Assembly: GCA_964592825.1 (NCBI GenBank)
Contig: CAZQJR010000016.1
Coordinates: forward strand, 1 to 38,821
DNA: 38,821 nt
Direction: 5' to 3'
Source of the DNA: an uncultured archaeon
Lineage (GTDB): Archaea; Halobacteriota; Archaeoglobi; Archaeoglobales; Archaeoglobaceae
A model generated the notes under the pieces. It saw nothing but the letters and a program-made list of their open reading frames with translations, did no database searches and was not told the origin of the DNA. Shown piece after piece: positions 1 to 7,957 of the stretch. Each line of letters starts with the position of its first letter. Position 1 is the first letter of the stretch. Position numbers and translations under genes: made by a program.

Positions 1-96
1 TCTGGCAGATGAGACGTTTAAAAATTTAAAAATCTGAAATCCGGACTTACCGAAACCGATATATTTCTCCCCTGCATTTAAGGTTTTGAGTTTTGA

Positions 97-169
97 GCGG
101 TCGTAGTCTAGCCTGGCAGGACACGGGCCTCCCGAGCCCGTTGCCCGGGTTCAAATCCCGGCGGCCGCA
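97..169 (+). tRNA. tRNA-Gly (anticodon CCC)
   Basis: Hand-folded cloverleaf: acceptor GCGGTCG/CGGCCGC (one G-U), anticodon stem CGGGC/GCCCG with loop CTCCCGA, T-arm CCGGG-TTCAAAT-CCCGG, discriminator A. No encoded CCA. Confidence 0.85.
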
Positions 170-184
170 TAATTTATAAAAAAT

Positions 185-933
185 TTAAATTATTTTAAAT
201 TTTACCTTTTCTGTTGTTTTTAAATTTGTAATGTAATCTTTTATAGTTACCGCCAAAGTGTACGTCCCTGATTTTGAAGGAAGATGAGGTGAATTTAGTT
301 TATAGTGTAGAAAATTAGCACTTGTAAATCCGCAATCCCTTCCAACATCATATGAATTTTTCCAAAGTTGTAATCCTTCTGGATCGAATAATTCCTCATA
401 TATGTGAATATCGTATTTTCCATTGTGAATAACATTGTAAACGTCATAGGTGGCCTCAAAATACTCGCCAGCTTTATAGGTACTTTTTTGTAGGTGTATT
501 ATGATCTTTGGAGGCTTATATATTTCTTTAGTAACTTCTGATGATTTGTTTTTTACTTTTGATATTGAATACAAAGATTCTGTGTTAAATACAATTTTCC
601 ATGTTGCAAGTTTTACTCCTGTAAAAAAGTCACCAAAGTCGTACTGTATTTTTAATCCTGTTGCCGATTCTGGTATCTCAAATAGTATTTTACCTCTTGT
701 TCTTTCGCCTGGATACAATTCTTTAAGAGCCTCTAAGCCATCGTCACCATTTTTGCAGTCTCACCAACCTTAAGGTTAAGTACGGTTGGTGTTACCGTTG
801 TAGGTAGTGTTTTAGTATATTTTTGTTCAGGTGGGCTTTCAACTTTTACAGGCACTTCTTTTTCTATACAACCAATTACAAGCAGAGTAGGTAGTAGATA
901 TATCGCTACGAAAACTAATAACTTTAACTTCAC
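185..933 (-). pseudogene. Disrupted secreted lipoprotein gene. The signal-peptide/lipobox fragment is 733..933; the beta-rich remainder is open from 760 down to 185.
   Basis: The 66-aa ORF starts MKLKLLVFVAIYLLPTLLVIGC (signal peptide plus lipobox-like LVIGC) and stops at TAG 733..735. A second frame is open from 760 and continues ...LYPGERTRGKILFEIPE (like the end of DUF4352-type lipoprotein domains), followed by an Ig-like beta-rich tail. The frames overlap at a T5 run (A5 on the coding strand) at 750..754. The 177-aa ORF has only a TTG start. Confidence 0.45.
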
Positions 934-1210
934 GTCACCATCTCCTTAAATTTTATAGAATGCGATCGAACACGATGTAGATATAAACTTTGCTAAATTT
1001 GTTAAATTAATGATACTTAAATAGTATAAGCTGATTAACTGTAAATTTAGCGATTAATGAACTTGAGAAAAGCATCATTAAAGTTTGTAAGAAAGTTTCT
1101 CAAGGAAGTCATGGACAACTTTCTCATATCGTCTTTTTTCATCATCAGAAATATCTTTCAGCTGTATTACTTTAACAAACTGTTCATATTGAAATTTGAC
1201 AGAATTGTAA

Positions 1211-1295
1211 TGCGGGGGGGGGGATTTGAACCCTCGAACCCCTACGGGACGGGACCCTAAATCCCGCGCCTTTGACCTGACTCGGCAACCCCCGC
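1211..1295 (-). tRNA. tRNA-Leu (anticodon UAG), class II with long variable arm
   Basis: The reverse complement reads GCGGGGGTTGCCGAGTCAGGTCAAAGGCGCGGGATTTAGGGTCCCGTCCCGTAGGGGTTCGAGGGTTCAAATCCCCCCCCCCGCA. Acceptor GCGGGGG/CCCCCGC, anticodon stem CGGGA/TCCCG, loop TTTAGGG, T-loop TTCAAAT. Confidence 0.85.
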
Positions 1296-1336
1296 TTCGA
1301 CGAAGTATTGACGGGAACATCATTTAAGCGTTTTCG

Positions 1337-2026
1337 TTAGATTTCGAAGTACTCCTTCTCCAAATCCTTCACGTCCTCAGCCCTTCCCTCCTTCACTATC
1401 TTCCCTCCAACGAGAACGTAAACCCTATCCGCCACGTCGAGGGCGAGACCTATGTTCTGCTCTACCAAGAGAATCGAAAGCTTCAACTCCTCCTTTATCC
1501 TCTTCAGCGCGTCGGATATGGTCTTCACGACTATAGGAGCCAACCCCATGGACGGTTCGTCCAAGAGCATCAGCTTCGGCTTGGACATCAGAGCCCTCCC
1601 TATTGCGACCATCTGCTGTTCTCCCCCGCTCATCGTCCTGACCAGCTGATTCCTCCTCTCCCTAAGCTTCGGAAATAGCGTGTAAACGTACTCCAACCTG
1701 TCTTCGCACTCCCCAAGCAAAGCTCCGAGCTTCAGGTTGTCCTCCACGCTCATGTTGGGAAAGAGCCTTCTACCTTCGGGACATATCGAGATACCGAGCC
1801 TAATCCTCTCGTGGGTTTTGAGGTTAGATATGTCCCTTCCGAAGAACTCTATCCTCCCCCTCGTCTTCACGAGCCCGCATATTGCCTTCAGAAGCGTGGT
1901 CTTTCCAGCGCCGTTCGGCCCCAAAACCGCCACTACCTCTCCCTTACCCACCTTTACGTTAACCCCCCTAAGTATCTGCGCTTTGTCATAAAACGCGTCG
2001 AGATCCTCAAGCCTCAACATTCGCAT
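1337..2026 (-). CDS. livF: HAAT-family (branched-chain amino acid type) ABC transporter ATP-binding protein, LivF-like
   Basis: Walker [10 protein letters not shown], signature MSGGEQQM, Walker B LMLLDEPSMGL. Typical LivF length (229 aa). Overlaps the upstream livG-like gene. Confidence 0.9.
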   Translation of the reverse strand: MRMLRLEDLDAFYDKAQILRGVNVKVGKGEVVAVLGPNGAGKTTLLKAICGLVKTRGRIEFFGRDISNLKTHERIRLGISICPEGRRLFPNMSVEDNLKLGALLGECEDRLEYVYTLFPKLRERRNQLVRTMSGGEQQMVAIGRALMSKPKLMLLDEPSMGLAPIVVKTISDALKRIKEELKLSILLVEQNIGLALDVADRVYVLVGGKIVKEGRAEDVKDLEKEYFEI

Positions 2027-2699
2027 TCCCCAGATACGCTCTTATCACCCTCTCGTCCCTAACCGCCTCCTCCGGACTTCCGTCGAATATGACCTTGCCG
2101 AGGTTGAGGACTATCACCCTCTCCGTAAGGTTGAAGAGTTCCTTCAGCCTGTGCTCTATTATCACCTGCGTTATGCCGTTCTCGTTCAACTCCCTTATTA
2201 TCGCGTCGAGCTCCTCCGCCTCCTTCGGACTGAGACCCGAAAAAGGTTCGTCGAGCAACAGAACCTTCGGATCGGTTGCGAGAGCCATTCCTATGCTCAA
2301 CCTCCTCAACTCCCCTTGGGAGAGATTCTTCGCGAGCATGTTCCTCTTGTCCCACAACCCCATCCGTCTCAGTATCTCCTCCGACTTCCCGTTCCAACAC
2401 GCGACCTCGACGTTCTCCTCGACGGTCATGTTCTTGAACACCCTAATTATCTGAAACGTTCTTACGAGCCCCATCTTAACGAGTTGACTCGGTTTCTTAC
2501 CGACGACGCTCTTGCCCCCCAGCTTAACGTCCCCGGAGTCAGGTCTTATAAATCCCGATATTACCCCGAAGAGCGTGGTCTTTCCGGCACCGTTCGGGCC
2601 GATTATTCCGAGGATCTCTCCCTTCTTCACCTCAAAGCTGACCCCGTTGAGCGCGTGAATCTCGCCGAAGCTCTTGGTAACCCTCTCCACCCTCAGCAT
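2007..2699 (-). CDS. livG: HAAT-family ABC transporter ATP-binding protein, LivG-like
   Basis: Walker [10 protein letters not shown], signature LSQGELRRL, Walker B LLLDEPFSGL, and a C-terminal VIRAYLG motif typical of LivG. Confidence 0.9.
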   Translation of the reverse strand: MLRVERVTKSFGEIHALNGVSFEVKKGEILGIIGPNGAGKTTLFGVISGFIRPDSGDVKLGGKSVVGKKPSQLVKMGLVRTFQIIRVFKNMTVEENVEVACWNGKSEEILRRMGLWDKRNMLAKNLSQGELRRLSIGMALATDPKVLLLDEPFSGLSPKEAEELDAIIRELNENGITQVIIEHRLKELFNLTERVIVLNLGKVIFDGSPEEAVRDERVIRAYLGNANVEA

Positions 2700-2722
2700 G
2701 TCATTCTGTTACTAATTTGCAC

Positions 2723-2736
2723 AATATTTAAATATT
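2723..2736. promoter_or_regulatory. Perfectly palindromic TATA element AATATTTAAATATT in the 57-nt divergent spacer between the livG-like and SBP genes
   Basis: The 14-nt sequence is its own reverse complement and contains TTTAAATA on both strands. Its centre is about 27 nt from ATG 2757 and about 30 nt from the minus-strand ATG at 2699. Confidence 0.5.
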
Positions 2737-2756
2737 GCCGTTCTCTCGCCTCAAAC

Positions 2757-4064
2757 ATGAGGCACGTCGCCCTATTCCTCTTGTTAGCATTGCTCATACC
2801 AGTTGCGAACGCGGAAGTGATAAAGATCGGAGTAATCGGGCCTATGCAGACGAAATACGGTTTAGCTATGAAGCATGCGGTGGAGCTCGCGGCGAAGGAA
2901 ATAAACGAACACGGAGGGATCTTGGGCAGGAAGGTGGTCGTTATAACCGCGGACACAAGGTTCGACTCCAACACCGCAACCACAGCGTTCAGGGATCTCG
3001 TCGACAGGGGTTGCAGGGTGATAATAGGCGGGTTCGCGAGCGGAGTTGCGCTTTCGATGATGGACACGATGGCTGATCTCGCGAAGACGGGGCACAAGGT
3101 ATTATGGCTCGGAGACGCCTCCTCCCCGAGGATAACCGCTCTCGTGGCGAAGGACTACAAGGATTACAAGTACTACTTCAGGGTGCTAACCTTGAACGCC
3201 TCCACGTTCCCGCTCGACATGATAGACATGCTCGACTTCCTCAGGGCGCAGGGGCTGAAGATCAAGAAGGTGGCGATAATAAGGGACAACGCCCTTTGGA
3301 CGGATGACGTGATGAAGAAGTTCAGACCTTTGCTCGAGAAGCACGGATACGAGATAGTCATCGACGAGAAGGTCAGCAGGGGGCAGACGGACTTCTCCTC
3401 CTTCCTCCTAAAGGCTCAAAAGGAGGCGGACGTGATAGTTCCGATCCTCGCCCACGTCAACGGAGCGTCTTTGGTCAAGCAGTGGGCGGACATGCACATC
3501 GGCATACCCATAGCGGGGCACGATCTCGCAGCCATCGATCCCGACTACTGGAACGCCACGGACGGTAAGTGCAACTACGAGATATACACCGCCGACGGAG
3601 GATCGGTGCCCGTTCCCATAAATCCGAAGATGGCGCACTTCCTTAAAGCTTACAAGGAGGAGTACGGGCATCTGCCGGAGGCCTTCAGCGCTTACGGTTG
3701 CTACGACGCCGTTTACCTCTACAAGACGGTGGTCGAGCAGGCTTATAAGCACGGGGCTAAGGATCCTTTCGATCCAGACGTGCTCGTCGAGTACTTGGAG
3801 AGGTACAACGCCACCCATCCCTACGAAGGGATAAGGGGCAAGATCGCCTTCACCAAGAACCACGACCTACTCTGGGGCAACGGTTACATAAGAAACTGGA
3901 TCTGCCAGTGGCAGAACGGAAAACAGGTGGTGCTTTATCCGAAGAGCGTAGCTACCGGAAAGCTCGTGCTCCCCAAGAAAACTGCCAAAAAGGGTCCGGG
4001 CTTTGAGATTGTCGCGGGACTCGTAGCTCTGATGGTCGGATACGCTCTGAGGAGATCATCGTAA
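2757..4064 (+). CDS. LivJ/LivK-like periplasmic-type amino-acid binding protein with N-terminal signal peptide and C-terminal PGF-CTERM anchor
   Basis: The in-frame ATG at 2757 gives MRHVALFLLLALLIPVANA|EVIKIGVIGP (signal peptide plus a type-I SBP start). The C-terminus is KKGPGFEIVAGLVALMVGYALRRSS. The upstream part of the 637-aa ORF is antisense to livG. Confidence 0.85.
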   Translation: MRHVALFLLLALLIPVANAEVIKIGVIGPMQTKYGLAMKHAVELAAKEINEHGGILGRKVVVITADTRFDSNTATTAFRDLVDRGCRVIIGGFASGVALSMMDTMADLAKTGHKVLWLGDASSPRITALVAKDYKDYKYYFRVLTLNASTFPLDMIDMLDFLRAQGLKIKKVAIIRDNALWTDDVMKKFRPLLEKHGYEIVIDEKVSRGQTDFSSFLLKAQKEADVIVPILAHVNGASLVKQWADMHIGIPIAGHDLAAIDPDYWNATDGKCNYEIYTADGGSVPVPINPKMAHFLKAYKEEYGHLPEAFSAYGCYDAVYLYKTVVEQAYKHGAKDPFDPDVLVEYLERYNATHPYEGIRGKIAFTKNHDLLWGNGYIRNWICQWQNGKQVVLYPKSVATGKLVLPKKTAKKGPGFEIVAGLVALMVGYALRRSS

Positions 4065-4089
4065 AATTCTTAAATTTTTTCCAAACTCC

Positions 4090-4935
4090 ATGGCGGTGAT
4101 GCTGGAGATCCTCATATACGGCGTCATCATCGGTTCCATATGGGCTCTCGTCGCGTCGGGCTTTAGCTTGGTCTTCGGAGTTGCGAGAATACTCAACTTC
4201 GCCCACGGAATATTCTTCATCCTCGGAGCTTATTTGGCGGTCGTTCTCTTCCCTTACCTCGGCTTTCTCTCAATAGTCCCCTCCGTCCTGATGGTGGGAG
4301 CTTTCGGATGGTTCGTTTACAGATTCCTCATAAGCCCCATAAAGGGATACGAGGTAATGGTCATCCTTATAACGCTCGCCTTGGCTCTGCTGATGGAGCA
4401 GATAGTCCTCGCGATATTCAAGGACGTGTCCATATCCTTTCCCCTCTTCCTTTCCGGAGTCGTGTTCCTGTTCGGAGTTCCCGTTCCCGAGAACAGACTG
4501 CTGATAACGGCCATAGCCTTTGCGGTCATAGCGATCCTCGACATTTTCATAACGAGGTCTAAGACGGGCAAGTTCATCACGGCCACGTCCCAAGACATGG
4601 AAGCTTCGATGCTCGTTGGAATAGACGTTGAGAGCGTGTACTCCGTTACGATGGCCATATCCGCAATGCTCGCGGGACTCGCGGGAATACTCTACGCCCA
4701 AATATACGCCGTAAATCCGGAAACGGCGCTGAGAGTTCTGATATACGCCTTCGCGATAGTCATACTCGGAGGGCTCGGTAGCGTTAGGGGGAGCGTCGTG
4801 GCGTCCTTCATAATAGGTTTCATCCAGACCGCGGTATCCACTCTTTACGATCCGAGGTGGGCTGAGATAGTCGCCTTGGTAACCATAATAGTCGTGCTAA
4901 TAGTGAGACCCAAGGGGTTGTTCGGGGTGGAGTGA
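4090..4935 (+). CDS. livH: HAAT-family ABC transporter permease, LivH-like
   Basis: 281-aa polytopic membrane protein. N-terminus LEILIYGVIIGSIWALVASGFSLVFGVARILNFAHG is typical of LivH. Confidence 0.88.
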   Translation: MAVMLEILIYGVIIGSIWALVASGFSLVFGVARILNFAHGIFFILGAYLAVVLFPYLGFLSIVPSVLMVGAFGWFVYRFLISPIKGYEVMVILITLALALLMEQIVLAIFKDVSISFPLFLSGVVFLFGVPVPENRLLITAIAFAVIAILDIFITRSKTGKFITATSQDMEASMLVGIDVESVYSVTMAISAMLAGLAGILYAQIYAVNPETALRVLIYAFAIVILGGLGSVRGSVVASFIIGFIQTAVSTLYDPRWAEIVALVTIIVVLIVRPKGLFGVE

Positions 4936-4936
4936 T

Positions 4937-5869
4937 ATGAGGTGGCTGGTGCTCCTGATCCCGCTCCTCGTAGCCCCTCTCGTAGCTCCGCAGTCTCTCA
5001 TCTATCTCCTCGGACTTACGTTCATATTCGTGGTCTTCGTTGTAAGCTGGGATCTTATAGCCGGATACGCGGGGCAGATAAACTTGGGTCACACCGTTTT
5101 CATAGGTATAGGGGCTTACACGACCGCGCTACTGCAAAATCCGGAAAGGATAGGGTTGCACTTGAACGTTCCCATCTGGGCGTCGATACTGGCGGGAGGA
5201 TTCGTTGCTTTGGCCTTCGGATTCGCCATAGGGGCGGTATGTCTCAGGCTTAGGGGATACTACCTCGCCCTCGTTACGGCGATACTTCCCCTCATATGCA
5301 TCCAGCTTCTGAACGTTTACTCGAACGTTTTCGGGGGTTACGAGGGGTTCTCCGTGGGGTTCGGAAAGGCTCTCGCACCGAATCTCGTCGAGGAGTATTA
5401 CGTGACCCTCCTGTTCATGATCGTCTGCCTGCTCTCAATCACGCTGCTGGTTCGCAGTCCGCTGGGGAAGAAGCTGAAAGCCGTTAGGGAGGATGAAGAA
5501 CTCGCGGAGGCGGTGGGGGTCGATGTTGTCAAGTACAAGCTCATAGCTTTCTGCCTGAGCGCCTTCTTCGCGGGAGTGGCGGGGGCTGTGATGGTTCACT
5601 ACAGGCTCACCGTCGGCCCCGATTACTTCGACGTTCCCCTGATGCTCACGATAATACTCGCCGCGGTCATAGGGGGCTTGGGAACTATATACGGCCCCGT
5701 GCTTGGAGCTTTCATGGTTTACCTCGCTAAGAACTACGTTTTCTCGGCGATAGTTCAAGCTCTCTCCTTAAACGTGTCCGACGAGATCTTCCTCTACGCT
5801 CTGCTCATCCTGATCATACTGAAGTGTCCGGAGGGAATATTCGAGAAGATCGGGAGGGCGATCTCATGA
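4937..5869 (+). CDS. livM: HAAT-family ABC transporter permease, LivM-like
   Basis: 310-aa polytopic protein with GYAGQINLGHTVFIGIGAY and the LRGYYLALVT motif of LivM. Starts 1 nt after the livH stop. Confidence 0.88.
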   Translation: MRWLVLLIPLLVAPLVAPQSLIYLLGLTFIFVVFVVSWDLIAGYAGQINLGHTVFIGIGAYTTALLQNPERIGLHLNVPIWASILAGGFVALAFGFAIGAVCLRLRGYYLALVTAILPLICIQLLNVYSNVFGGYEGFSVGFGKALAPNLVEEYYVTLLFMIVCLLSITLLVRSPLGKKLKAVREDEELAEAVGVDVVKYKLIAFCLSAFFAGVAGAVMVHYRLTVGPDYFDVPLMLTIILAAVIGGLGTIYGPVLGAFMVYLAKNYVFSAIVQALSLNVSDEIFLYALLILIILKCPEGIFEKIGRAIS

Positions 5870-6708
5870 TCGTGGCGATTCCGAACAAGGGAAGGCTGAG
5901 CGAACCTTCTTTGGATCTGCTGAGGCAGGCTGGGATTAAGCCTGAGCTTGAGGGCAGGAGGCTCGTCGTTCCGACCAACAACCCCAACGTGAGCGTGCTC
6001 TTCGCGAGGGCGAGGGACATTCCGGAGTACGTGGAGATGAACGCCGCTCAGGTTGGAATAACCGGATACGATATGGTGGTAGAATCGGGGGCGGACGTGG
6101 AGGTTCTCCTCAAGCTCGGATTTGGAAAGGCCAAGCTCGTGGTTGCGGTTCCCGCGGATTCGGGAATAGGGAGCGTAGAGGATCTTGACGGGCTGAGGGT
6201 TGCGACGGAGTTCGGAAACATAGCGAGGCGATTCTTCGAGGAGAAGGGAGTGAGGGTGAAGATAGTCGAGGTCTCGGGGGCGTGCGAGAACGCTCCCCAC
6301 ATAGGCATAGCCGACGCCATACTCGACCTAACTTCCACGGGAACGACGCTTAAGATGAACAACCTGAAGGTTGTGGGGGAGGTTTTAGAAACCGAGGCGG
6401 TGTTGATAGCGAACAAGGAGCACGTAGAAGATTTCGAGGTGAAGGCTCTCGTAACGTCCGTGAAGGGCGTTCTGAACGCGAGGGGCATGATGTATCTTAT
6501 GATGAACGTGCCCGAAGGTGCGCTCGAGGATGTGAAGAGGATAGTCCCCGGCCTCAAGGGGCCGACGGTGATGAAGGTGGAGGCCGAGGGTATGCTCGCA
6601 GTCCACGTCGTGGTTCACGAGGACGAGTTGTTCGGAGTTTTGGAGAAGCTGAAGAAGGTCGGGGCGAGGGACATACTTATAATTCCAGTTCAGAGGCTCA
6701 TCTACTGA
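5866..6708 (+). CDS. hisG: ATP phosphoribosyltransferase, long form with C-terminal regulatory domain
   Basis: MIVAIPNKGRLSEPSLDLLRQAGI..., LDLTSTGTTLKMNNL, and the C-terminal HisG_C-like MMNVPEGALEDVKRIVPGLKGPTV. ATG 5866 overlaps the livM stop (ATGA). Confidence 0.9.
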   Translation: MIVAIPNKGRLSEPSLDLLRQAGIKPELEGRRLVVPTNNPNVSVLFARARDIPEYVEMNAAQVGITGYDMVVESGADVEVLLKLGFGKAKLVVAVPADSGIGSVEDLDGLRVATEFGNIARRFFEEKGVRVKIVEVSGACENAPHIGIADAILDLTSTGTTLKMNNLKVVGEVLETEAVLIANKEHVEDFEVKALVTSVKGVLNARGMMYLMMNVPEGALEDVKRIVPGLKGPTVMKVEAEGMLAVHVVVHEDELFGVLEKLKKVGARDILIIPVQRLIY

Positions 6709-7165
6709 GGAGCTTGGATATCTGCTCTAAGAGCACGCGGTAGTTGGACACTACGAACTTGATGAGATCGGCGGCCATTTCGAGCTTGAGGAGTTGGTAA
6801 GCCCAGACCTTGAACACCTCTATTTTCGTAAGACTCGCGACTCCGAACAGGACGAGAGCGGACGAGAAAGCGGAGAAGAATATTACGAGGAGGGACTCCC
6901 AAAGCCTTATGCTCAGAACGGCCTTTATCAGGATCAGATAAACTACGAGGGATATGACGGGGGCGAACATCCTGTAGGTCGGTATTAGGGAAGTTACCCA
7001 ATACAGCACACCGCAGAATACGACGGCTATGATGTTGACGAGCAGCACGTCCAAAAACTTCCTGTCCCTTCCCACACCCTTGAGGCTGAGCCACATGAAG
7101 AGGCTGAGGAGGTATATGAGGAGAAGGGCGAACGCGAGCCCCAGCAGTAGAACTATCATCTTCAA
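6698..7165 (-). CDS. Hypothetical integral membrane protein (about 4 TM segments)
   Basis: Hydrophobic 155-aa ORF with core-like composition. No recognisable family. Confidence 0.5.
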   Translation of the reverse strand: MKMIVLLLGLAFALLLIYLLSLFMWLSLKGVGRDRKFLDVLLVNIIAVVFCGVLYWVTSLIPTYRMFAPVISLVVYLILIKAVLSIRLWESLLVIFFSAFSSALVLFGVASLTKIEVFKVWAYQLLKLEMAADLIKFVVSNYRVLLEQISKLLSR

Positions 7166-7234
7166 TCGTTGAGAGCCTTAATATTTAAAGATTTATCCCG
7201 AAGGTTTTTATAGTTCGAGCTCATTCTGGGAGCG

Positions 7235-7957
7235 ATGATCGTAGTGGCTTCGAATCTGCACGGGAATCTGGTGGCTCTGAGAAGGCTTTTGGAGGAGGTA
7301 GAGAAGCTCAGAGATGAGGGAAAGGACGTTAAGGGGATCTACGTTCTCGGAGTTTTCGGATACATGCCTTATCCGAGGGAGGTTCTTGAGGAGATCGTGG
7401 AGAGGGGGATAGAGGTAACGAGGGGCAGGATAGACCATCTTATAGCTAAGTGGAAGGACATGAGCGAAGAGGAGAAGGAAGAGATTCCAGAGTTGGAGAG
7501 ATTCGTAGTGGAGTGGAACAGGGAGAGGCTTGGAAAGGAGGGAAGGAGTTGGATAAGGAACGAGGTTCCGGCGTTTCTGACCGAGAAGTTCGGAGACAAC
7601 GAGTTCCTCTTTACCTACGGAAGTCCTTTCGATCCTATCAACGGGGAGGTTCTTCCGAACCAGCCCTCGTCGTACTACGAGAGCATCCTCGCACCCTTCA
7701 AGAAGTTCGAGATGTTCGTTGTGGGGGGATACGAACCGTTCATAGCCGAAACGCCTTACGGAAAGTTGGTCTGTCCGGGGGTTTGCGGTTTCTACAGGAA
7801 GGGGAGCCGCCCCACGTTCGCGCTTATAGATACGAGGAGTTTGGACGTGTCCTTCTACGACTTCGATTTCGACAGGGGGGAGGTGGAGAGAAGGATAAAG
7901 GAGGAGGGATTACCGGAGGACGTAGTTAGGATCCTGCACCACGGAACCGTTATCTGA
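7235..7957 (+). CDS. Hypothetical protein, possibly a degenerate calcineurin-like metallophosphoesterase fold
   Basis: The N-terminus MIVVASNLHGN...IYVLGVFGY resembles MPE motifs I/II (xxSDxHGN, GDxxxxG), but the Asp ligands are replaced. 240 aa, with a TTTTTATA box about 27 nt upstream. Confidence 0.35.
   Translation: MIVVASNLHGNLVALRRLLEEVEKLRDEGKDVKGIYVLGVFGYMPYPREVLEEIVERGIEVTRGRIDHLIAKWKDMSEEEKEEIPELERFVVEWNRERLGKEGRSWIRNEVPAFLTEKFGDNEFLFTYGSPFDPINGEVLPNQPSSYYESILAPFKKFEMFVVGGYEPFIAETPYGKLVCPGVCGFYRKGSRPTFALIDTRSLDVSFYDFDFDRGEVERRIKEEGLPEDVVRILHHGTVI

Noticed and set aside
1057-1323. ORFs (67 aa and 81 aa) running through tRNA-Leu; considered as a fragment of an SSV-type integrase split by integration into the tRNA
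   Set aside because: No integrase motifs (no R..HxxR..Y pattern) are present. Only about 40 codons lie outside the tRNA, and I could not find a duplicated tRNA 3'-end (att) copy in 170..1210. I kept only the weaker remnant-islet hypothesis.
2151-2756. N-terminal 202 codons of the 637-aa ORF upstream of the SBP gene
   Set aside because: This part is entirely antisense to the well-supported livG-like ATPase gene. The SBP clearly begins at ATG 2757 with a signal peptide, and the upstream translation is low-complexity and Pro/Leu/Arg-rich.
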